The notes under the pieces: generated by a model
Told to the model about the DNA's origin: nothing
Seen by the model: the letters and a program-made list of their open reading frames with translations, nothing else
Databases searched by the model: none
Program-made: the position numbers and the translations under genes
Assembly: GCA_030614005.1 (NCBI GenBank)
Contig: JAUWKS010000021.1
Span: forward strand, 1 to 32,000
Reading direction: 5' to 3'
Origin: Candidatus Heimdallarchaeota archaeon
GTDB lineage: Archaea > Asgardarchaeota > Heimdallarchaeia > JABLTI01
DNA: 32,000 nt
In this document: positions 24,924-32,000 of the stretch, in pieces
Layout: each line of letters starts with the position of its first letter
Numbering within the stretch: the first letter of the stretch is position 1

Positions 24924-25160
24924 TTATTTTGCTTCTTCTGTTTGTGCTTTTTCTTCGCCTTCACTGGGTTTTTTGATAAAAGCAACTACTAATATAATCA
25001 AAGCGAGCCCAAAAATAACGATTCCAATCCACATGACCCATTCAGGCCAAACAATTAAATCTGCTTCATTGTAGAAAATAGCACCAACAATGATCATTAC
25101 CAAACCAATTATTCCTTCGACTCCTGCGGCGATTAAAGGACTTTTTCTCATTTTTTGCAC
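24924..25160 (-). CDS. Small hypothetical membrane protein (2 TM)
   Basis: 78 aa with two hydrophobic segments and a charged C-tail. It fits the intergenic space in the orientation of its neighbours. Confidence 0.65.
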   Translation of the reverse strand: MQKMRKSPLIAAGVEGIIGLVMIIVGAIFYNEADLIVWPEWVMWIGIVIFGLALIILVVAFIKKPSEGEEKAQTEEAK

Positions 25161-25274
25161 AACCTTAGCTAATTAACAATCTCAATTATATACCTTTAGA
25201 GTATCTTTACCCTTTTTGAATTTTATTCCTAAAATGATGATTTATGTAAGAACACTAAAAAGTACAATATTTAT

Positions 25275-27575
25275 TTAGAATGCTTGCTTAATTTTTGCAG
25301 CAATGTCCTTTTGCTCATTTTTTATAATTTCAATTACTAGCTCAGGAAAATGAGGTTCATACTTGCTGAATAGTTCTCTAATTTCCTGCTTTGTTGGTTC
25401 TCTGTCCCCTAAAGAATTGAAAGCTTGAACGATTTTTCTTACATCATTAAACATATTATTAATATTATCACGAATAAATTTCGGTCTTTCTTTTGATCTC
25501 CTTCGCCACATTTTACGTAACAATTCATGGAGAAATTCCGATCGAGGTCCACCATAGGCACTCATTGATCTAAGATTAACTTTCACTGCTTCTCTAAAGA
25601 GTTTATCAGTTCCTTCTTGTGCGCCCATTAAATCAAATTCTTTAAGATTTATTCCAGCAAAATTCGTTGTCCATACTTGTGCATTGATTGCTTTATTCGG
25701 TGCAAAAATTGACAAGGCTTCAATAACATGTAATACATCCAATGGGTCATCTCCAATAACAACAACTGGATACCCAACAACTATTGCTCGCACAATGATA
25801 TCTAGTCCTTTCCGAATATAAAATCCTGCAATGTATGCACAATCTTTGTGTAATCGAACAAGTTTTTCACTTAAAGTTAAACCTGCTTCTAATGTTGCTA
25901 CTCCGAATGTTTTCTTTACCTCATTCAGATATAAATCAGGAGGTCTACCTTCTATTTTCAGAGTATTTATATCTCGACCAACTTTGAGTAAGATTGAAGA
26001 AGTATTAGTAACTTCTTTTACCAGTTCCTTTGGGTCAGTTATTTTACGTATTTTCTTGACTAAGCTTCTGGAGAATTCAGAGGAAGAACCACTAGTAACT
26101 TTCTTTTGATCTAAATCAACAATTGTAGCCCATGAATAATATTTGAGTAAATGTTTAGGAACATAAACAACATCTGCATCCTTTGGATGGACAAAAATAT
26201 CGCTTTTAATACATCGAAGAGATCTATGTGGAGCAAGAAGAGTCAAAGTTTCAAATATTTTATCCACTAAACCATTAGTGGTCACTTCAGGTGTATCACC
26301 AGTAACAACTACTAAATCCCCCATTAATAAAGCTTCGAAAATATTTTCAAGGTCTTTTTTAATCATTGAGTTTAATAGAAAAGGGTCTTTGTTTTTATCA
26401 TTAGGAACCCTAATTTTACCGGAATTATACCCTTTTTCTCTTCGAAGGGACTGTGAAGGAAGAGAACCATTCTTAGGGATGATTATTGTCATTTTATGAT
26501 TACGATCGATTTCTTGGGCGATAGGATCAATTTTCAGCTTAACGCCTTTAGATTCTTTCTCGTCTTTATCGGGTTCTACAGTATCTTTCAGTTTTGGTTC
26601 AATACCATTGGTCAATGTAGGGACTTTCATCTCACCTTGAGATGCAGCATAAAGTCCTGAACTTGTAGAACCTTGTCTATCACTATCTTTTTCCAAGCTA
26701 GGGGGGGCCATCATTGCAGATTCTATTGTATCATATTTTGTATTTGTTTTTTCGACAACTTGTGCATCATCTAAGCTAAATTTAGGTGTTACTTCCTTAC
26801 TCGGGGAAAATGCTTTTGTAACATCCAATGATGATTGAGAGAAATCCTGCGAAGTATCTGAAGAAACTGCTGTATCAGGTGAAATTTCACCTGATTTTTC
26901 TGTGGGTGCCTTTCGAGTTAGAATTTTAGAAGATTCATCGGAATCAAATGGTTTAATCGAAAAATATGATTTATTAGAAATTGTTGTTATATAGAGATAT
27001 CCTCTTTGGTAGACTTCACGTAACTGCCTTTCAACTTCTGCAGATGAAATTCCTGTTACTTGAGAAACCATATCAGGAGTAACAACTTTCATTTTTACCA
27101 GTACAAGTGTAACCATTTGTAACTCATTTGGTAAATTCAAAACTTCAAATGCATCAAGATCTTTTCGATTGCCAAAGGCTTCAATTTTCCTTTGGTCAAA
27201 AGCTTTTGATAATTCTACTAGTACTGAATCAAAGCTTCTAAATTGAGAGATATTTTTTCCATCAAAAGTAACACTAACATCATGTGGAAAAGCTTTGAAA
27301 AACCGATCTTCTAATTCAGGGAGAAATATAGATGGAACGCTTGTTTCATCGAAATCTGCCCCTATAACAAATAGAACGGAGTTATTAGAATGATAATAAT
27401 ATTTAGTGTCTTCCAAGATTATATCTTGTACTTTTTCAGTGAATTTACTAGTTGGTCCACTAAGCCACCCATAAAATTTTTCTAATCGATCTCTTTCCTC
27501 TTGATCAGTTATTTTTATGAATTTCATACCTGCAACGGGTGTGTCTTTAATGAGTATCCATACGAACTGTATCAT
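25275..27575 (-). CDS. Multidomain protein: longin-like, winged helix, linker and two DENN-like modules
   Basis: N-terminal 'IQFVWIL...YYYHSNNSVLFVIGAD...ELEDRFFKAF' is longin-like and 'TPDMVSQVTGISSAEVERQLREVYQRGYL' is wHTH-like. Internal repeats: 'IFEALLMGDLVVVTGD...IFETLTLLAPHR' and 'IVRAIVVGYPVVVIGD...VIEALSIFAPNK'. Confidence 0.6.
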   Translation of the reverse strand: MIQFVWILIKDTPVAGMKFIKITDQEERDRLEKFYGWLSGPTSKFTEKVQDIILEDTKYYYHSNNSVLFVIGADFDETSVPSIFLPELEDRFFKAFPHDVSVTFDGKNISQFRSFDSVLVELSKAFDQRKIEAFGNRKDLDAFEVLNLPNELQMVTLVLVKMKVVTPDMVSQVTGISSAEVERQLREVYQRGYLYITTISNKSYFSIKPFDSDESSKILTRKAPTEKSGEISPDTAVSSDTSQDFSQSSLDVTKAFSPSKEVTPKFSLDDAQVVEKTNTKYDTIESAMMAPPSLEKDSDRQGSTSSGLYAASQGEMKVPTLTNGIEPKLKDTVEPDKDEKESKGVKLKIDPIAQEIDRNHKMTIIIPKNGSLPSQSLRREKGYNSGKIRVPNDKNKDPFLLNSMIKKDLENIFEALLMGDLVVVTGDTPEVTTNGLVDKIFETLTLLAPHRSLRCIKSDIFVHPKDADVVYVPKHLLKYYSWATIVDLDQKKVTSGSSSEFSRSLVKKIRKITDPKELVKEVTNTSSILLKVGRDINTLKIEGRPPDLYLNEVKKTFGVATLEAGLTLSEKLVRLHKDCAYIAGFYIRKGLDIIVRAIVVGYPVVVIGDDPLDVLHVIEALSIFAPNKAINAQVWTTNFAGINLKEFDLMGAQEGTDKLFREAVKVNLRSMSAYGGPRSEFLHELLRKMWRRRSKERPKFIRDNINNMFNDVRKIVQAFNSLGDREPTKQEIRELFSKYEPHFPELVIEIIKNEQKDIAAKIKQAF

Positions 27576-27760
27576 TACCTAGTGACCTTCATATTCATCT
27601 CAGGTTATTTGCAATATTAGTTATTTAGCTAGTTTTTGATATTTTGCAAAGTTTAGTTATCGTGATGTTGGTGTTAAGAGTAATGAGGTGAGTCTCTTTA
27701 TTAAGTTTAATCGTCAAAATAAATGCTTGCTTAGATGAGCATTGATTAATTAGCAGCTAA

Positions 27761-29626
27761 TCAATAACCCCAGAATTTGTGATCCTCACTTAAACTACGT
27801 TTCAATGTAATTAAATCATCCAAAGCTTCTCTCTGATCAACAGTAAGATCTTCGAAAAATTTCTCTTTAATACGACGAACTACACTTTCTGGCAAGTCAA
27901 CATGAAGTTCCATATCTTCAGTTATCTGTCTTCCAACAGTTGGTCCCCTGATTGATATGGCAACTTGTTTTCCTTTACCTGCTTCTTTTAAAGATACACC
28001 ACTTTCTTGTATTTGTTGAATGTAACCACATTTCCGTCCATCTGTACCTCTAATCAAACCTACTCGAGGGGTTATTTTACCTGCTAGAACTTCAACACCT
28101 ACTACAGCTGGTCTACTTGCACGGAACACATTGCCAGGTATAATCTTTATTTTTCCAGGAAGTACTAAATCTTTCAAACTATCTGCTTTTAGTTTAGTTT
28201 CTACATCAACTCTCCAATGCTCATACTCATCTAGAAGGGTATAAATTATATCACTCTCAAAGAGAGCAATATTGTTAACTTCAAGTTCTTCCTGGGCATC
28301 CGGTAGAATAGCAACATTAAATGCTACAATAGCTGCGGAAGCAGGTGCACTTTCTTTTACAACTATTGCTACTGAGACATTTCCTTTATTAACATCACCG
28401 ATATCTGCTAACTTGATAGGAACCCTTCGGTCAGTAAATTCTTTAACGAGCGCTTCTAACGCTCCCAAAGTATCGGCTTTTATGATAATGCCTTCTTTGT
28501 CAGTTTCAATTTTGATTACTTTCATTTCATCTTCAATGAGCTTCTTAGCAGCCTTAATCTCATCAGGAGTATTGGCAACCATTACAGGAGCACCAGCAGC
28601 AGCTTCTGTCATACCTGAACCAGTGATTTTTATCCCAGCTGCAGCATGGACCATATCTATTGCATTGAATTTCTCTTTAGGATCACGAATCTCATCTAAT
28701 TCTTTGGGTTCCAATAGTGATCTAATTTTAGCATCATAAGCCTTATCCTTTCCACCAAAAACTATGTGATCTGTTTTTGAGAATGTCCCAGAATGAACGA
28801 TAACATTGATTGTTGTGCCCATACCTGCTTCTTCTGTTACTTCAAGAATGGTTCCTTCTCCAGGACCCTCACTATAAACAAGCTTGTCCAATAAAAATTG
28901 TTGAGCCAACCCAGAAAGAACTAAGAAAAGGTCTTGGATACCCTCATGAGTTTTAGCGCTAGTAGGAATAATAGCAACATTTTCAGTATAATTACGAATT
29001 CGATCATATCTATCTGAAGGATACCCTAGTTTAGATAATTCACCCATTATTTCATACAAATGAATATCTAGTGCTTTTTGTGTATCCATTGTTTGTTTCT
29101 TAAGCGTACTATGGAAAGATTCTCCTTCATGAATTTTCCATCCTGCTACACGATCAATTTTATTAGCAGCAACCAAAAAGGGTATTTTTCTTTGCTTGAG
29201 TAAACGCATAGACTCGAATGTTTGTGGTTGAAAACCTGTTCTTACTTCAATAACAACAATAGCTATATCAGCTACTGAAGCACCTCTTGTTCGGAGATTA
29301 AGAAAAGCAGCGTGACCGGGAGTATCAACAATTAAAATGCCAGGGATTTTAAGCTTGATGGCATCTTGCTTCATCATATCTCCACAAATCTCTTGAATAG
29401 TTTCAATGGGAAAATAGGACGCACCAATTTGTTGAGTAATGCCGCCTGCTTCTCTTGCTTGAACAGCAGTACCGCGGACTGCATCTAAAATGGATGTTTT
29501 TCCATGATCAATATGTCCCAAGATAACACAGATGGGGGCTTTCAAACGTTTGGTTTCATCTATTTTAACTTCAGCTTTCTTCTTTGGTTTGCCGGTTGGT
29601 TTTTTCTTTTCTTGTGACATATTCAA
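27761..29626 (-). CDS. infB: Translation initiation factor aIF5B/IF-2
   Basis: Motifs 'LGHIDHGKT', 'GGITQQIGA', 'VDTPGHAAF', 'NKIDR', 'KADTLGALEAL' and 'PAVVGVEVLAG'. Confidence 0.97.
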   Translation of the reverse strand: MNMSQEKKKPTGKPKKKAEVKIDETKRLKAPICVILGHIDHGKTSILDAVRGTAVQAREAGGITQQIGASYFPIETIQEICGDMMKQDAIKLKIPGILIVDTPGHAAFLNLRTRGASVADIAIVVIEVRTGFQPQTFESMRLLKQRKIPFLVAANKIDRVAGWKIHEGESFHSTLKKQTMDTQKALDIHLYEIMGELSKLGYPSDRYDRIRNYTENVAIIPTSAKTHEGIQDLFLVLSGLAQQFLLDKLVYSEGPGEGTILEVTEEAGMGTTINVIVHSGTFSKTDHIVFGGKDKAYDAKIRSLLEPKELDEIRDPKEKFNAIDMVHAAAGIKITGSGMTEAAAGAPVMVANTPDEIKAAKKLIEDEMKVIKIETDKEGIIIKADTLGALEALVKEFTDRRVPIKLADIGDVNKGNVSVAIVVKESAPASAAIVAFNVAILPDAQEELEVNNIALFESDIIYTLLDEYEHWRVDVETKLKADSLKDLVLPGKIKIIPGNVFRASRPAVVGVEVLAGKITPRVGLIRGTDGRKCGYIQQIQESGVSLKEAGKGKQVAISIRGPTVGRQITEDMELHVDLPESVVRRIKEKFFEDLTVDQREALDDLITLKRSLSEDHKFWGY

Positions 29627-29649
29627 TTCGCCTCTGAAAACTCATCTAT

Positions 29650-30117
29650 TCACTCATATATCCATGTTTCATCTGGTAAAACATTCTTGATAATCTCTGA
29701 CTCTTTAAAATAGATAGAATACTCTATTTTAGCATTTTCCGGAGAATCACCCGCATGGATAACATTTCTACCTATTTCCATGCCAAAATCTCCACGAATA
29801 GTACCAACTTCTGCTTCACCAGGTTTTGTAGCACCAACTAGCTTCCTGACACGGGTAACAGCATCCTTTCCTTCTACGACCATTGCAACAACTGGACCAC
29901 TAGAAATGAATTTTACTAACCCTTCATAGAATGGTTTGTCTTTATGAACTGCATAATGTTTTTCAGCCATAGCTTTTGTTAAGCGTAACATTTTCATTGC
30001 TACAATTCTGAGGCCAACTTTTTCTAATCGTGAAATTGTTTCGCCTACAAGTCGACGTTTTACTCCATCAGGTTTAACCATTACAAATTCTCTTTCAACA
30101 TCTACCATTGAATTCAC
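29650..30117 (-). CDS. ndk: Nucleoside-diphosphate kinase
   Basis: Motifs '[13 protein letters not shown]', 'SSGPVVAMV', 'GTIRGDFG', 'NVIHAGDS' and 'WIYE'. The ndk-infB adjacency is typical of archaea. Confidence 0.97.
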   Translation of the reverse strand: MNSMVDVEREFVMVKPDGVKRRLVGETISRLEKVGLRIVAMKMLRLTKAMAEKHYAVHKDKPFYEGLVKFISSGPVVAMVVEGKDAVTRVRKLVGATKPGEAEVGTIRGDFGMEIGRNVIHAGDSPENAKIEYSIYFKESEIIKNVLPDETWIYE

Positions 30118-30261
30118 CTAGTACTCAGCAAAATTTCTAGCTCAAAAAACTTTTGATTGAAAAGGAATTTGAGTTTTATTCAAACTACCCTTCGAAAATT
30201 TCTTTTCTATGTAAAAAATTATTAAGTTTGTAGGTATATTATACATTGAAGGGAAGAAGTA

Positions 30262-32000
30262 TTGAGAGCAAAAGGAGAAATAATTACCATATTTATTCTT
30301 ACCCAACTATTAGTTTGTATACCTGTAAATATACTGGTTGATTCGAATCAATTACAACAAGTCGCAGGATCTACAAACACAATTACTGAAATTTCCCAAT
30401 TTGATGATAATTATGGAAATTTTTTAGGTTTAAATGTTACTAATGAAATAGTAGCAGTTTCAACTTATAGAGGAGGAGTACTATTTCTAAACCATTCTTT
30501 AAAAACACTTGAAGTTGTAAATATATACCATAATATTACTACAAGTGATGTCGCTATTGTTGAAGATACCGCTTACGTTATTAATAGAAATGGAATAACT
30601 GCATTAGATATTTCAGATTTATCTAATATTATAGAACTTGATACTTTTAACCAAGATGGTGGGAAGAGTAATCTTGAAATTAGTAACAATTGTGCTTATT
30701 ATATTTATAATGACAAAGAAATTGTTATTTTGAATATATCAAAACCTAACAATATTCAATTAATTAGTGTATATCAAAATACAAAAGATATAGGATCTTT
30801 CAAAGTAAAACAAAATTATATCTACGGAGAAGGTGAAAAAACATTCTTTATTGTAAATATCACAAATAAATCGATACCAGAAGAAATTGATAGTATCCTT
30901 TATTTTGTAGAGGATGAAATATATTCTTTTGAATTGGAGGATAAATTTGCTTATTTATTTTATATCAACCTTGATAAAATTATCGTTTTGAATTGTACCA
31001 ATCCTGGTGATATTATTTTCTATAAAGAAATTCTATTACATGGAATTACGGATGGTTTCACATTAAAAGATGAAAAAGCCTATTTTTTGAAAAAAGATGA
31101 TATAACTTATGATAGGAGAATTGAAATCTATAATTATTCAGATTTAAATTCGGTTTTTTCATTAACAAATTTCACATCAGATTCAGTAAATCAGTATGGA
31201 ACAAATGAATTGTTGCTGTTTGAGAGTGAACTCTATTTCACTAGTAGCATGAGTATAGATATTCTTGACTGTAAAAATATAACAAATATCCAAATGTCAG
31301 GAAGTTTTAGAGCAGGAGGGTACTCAAGTGATATCTTAGTTGAGGGGAATAAGATTTTTGTTGCTGATAACAGAGATGGTTTGGAAGTGATTGATATAGA
31401 AAATATCTCTAAACCATGGAAAATAATACAAAGTAATCATATATATTGTTCACAATTAGTCAAATATCAGAATTTTGCTTTTTTTATCGATGGCGGACAA
31501 GCAATTAAAGTAGTTCAGATAACAGAAAATAATGAAATAATTGATTGGGAAAATATTGATTCATATTATATATTGTATTCTTTGGAATTGATGTTTCCAT
31601 ATTTATATGTAACAACAAGTTCAGGCATCAAGATATTCTATGTAGGAGATTTAGAAAATCCAATAGAGGTTGGAGAATATTTTGAAGCAAAACAATATTT
31701 AGATATCAAAATTGTGGATGACTTGGCATATGTTATTACGACGGATTATGATACAAATTATCTAAAGATATTCAATATAGGCACTCGAAGTGAACCAGTT
31801 TTAATCAATAGTTATGAAATAATAAATGCTACAGGTTGTTTAGAAATCAATGATGATTTAGCTTTTGTCGGAGTGGATGGAGGAGTAGAAATTCTTGAAA
31901 TCTCTAAACCCACTAATATTGAAACAGTAAGCTCCTTTGTTGACGAGGAATACTATACTACTTTATCATTACATTGCACTGGTAACTACCTTTGTATCGG
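30262..32000 (+). CDS. Secreted LVIVD-repeat beta-propeller protein, partial (runs off the window; absent from the ORF track)
   Basis: Frame checked open from TTG 30262 to the end. Contains a signal-like 'IITIFILTQLLVCIPV', then 'TEISQFDDNYG', 'IFVADNRDGLEVIDI' and 'NPIEVGEY', with many N-x-S/T sequons. Confidence 0.88.
   Translation, partial: MRAKGEIITIFILTQLLVCIPVNILVDSNQLQQVAGSTNTITEISQFDDNYGNFLGLNVTNEIVAVSTYRGGVLFLNHSLKTLEVVNIYHNITTSDVAIVEDTAYVINRNGITALDISDLSNIIELDTFNQDGGKSNLEISNNCAYYIYNDKEIVILNISKPNNIQLISVYQNTKDIGSFKVKQNYIYGEGEKTFFIVNITNKSIPEEIDSILYFVEDEIYSFELEDKFAYLFYINLDKIIVLNCTNPGDIIFYKEILLHGITDGFTLKDEKAYFLKKDDITYDRRIEIYNYSDLNSVFSLTNFTSDSVNQYGTNELLLFESELYFTSSMSIDILDCKNITNIQMSGSFRAGGYSSDILVEGNKIFVADNRDGLEVIDIENISKPWKIIQSNHIYCSQLVKYQNFAFFIDGGQAIKVVQITENNEIIDWENIDSYYILYSLELMFPYLYVTTSSGIKIFYVGDLENPIEVGEYFEAKQYLDIKIVDDLAYVITTDYDTNYLKIFNIGTRSEPVLINSYEIINATGCLEINDDLAFVGVDGGVEILEISKPTNIETVSSFVDEEYYTTLSLHCTGNYLCI

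Noticed and set aside
19-26499. Other short listed ORFs lying antisense to or out of frame within long genes (e.g. 840..1076, 1622..1888, 4265..4549, 20879..21160, 21238..21435, 21356..21586, 24877..25074, 25831..26109)
   Set aside because: They overlap well-supported genes or T-rich terminators and show no protein-family signal.
28272-28739. 155-aa + strand ORF
   Set aside because: It is an antisense shadow of infB.
1-32000. CRISPR array, tRNA or rRNA genes
   Set aside because: I saw no regularly spaced 25-40 nt direct repeats, no tRNA T-loop/cloverleaf signature and no GC-rich rRNA-like stretch. Reading by eye could miss a divergent ncRNA.

Overview
AT-rich archaeal chromosomal window, most likely from an Asgard archaeon (Heimdallarchaeia-like; inferred from the gene set, not tested phylogenetically). 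Housekeeping genes include a HemL-like aminotransferase, Rpo5, a ferredoxin missed by the ORF track, a ThiI-like protein, ThiL, Pus10, TpiA, uS19, uS2, aIF5B and Ndk. They are mixed with eukaryote-like candidates: an Rpo5 with an RPB5-like N-terminal domain, a presenilin, a longin/wHTH/tandem DENN-like protein, a proline-rich protein with a WH2/VASP-like helix, and a 302-aa protein resembling kinetochore CENP-N/Chl4. Adjacent genes for a mevalonate-3-kinase-like and a mevalonate-3-phosphate-5-kinase-like enzyme suggest a Thermoplasma-type mevalonate pathway. The window also has a stand-alone SMC/Rad50-like ATPase with degenerate motifs, a tnpB 3' remnant next to an anomalous T-depleted tract, and two LVIVD-repeat surface proteins. 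I found no rRNA, tRNA or CRISPR array. All family comparisons are by eye against sequences recalled from memory; no searches were run.
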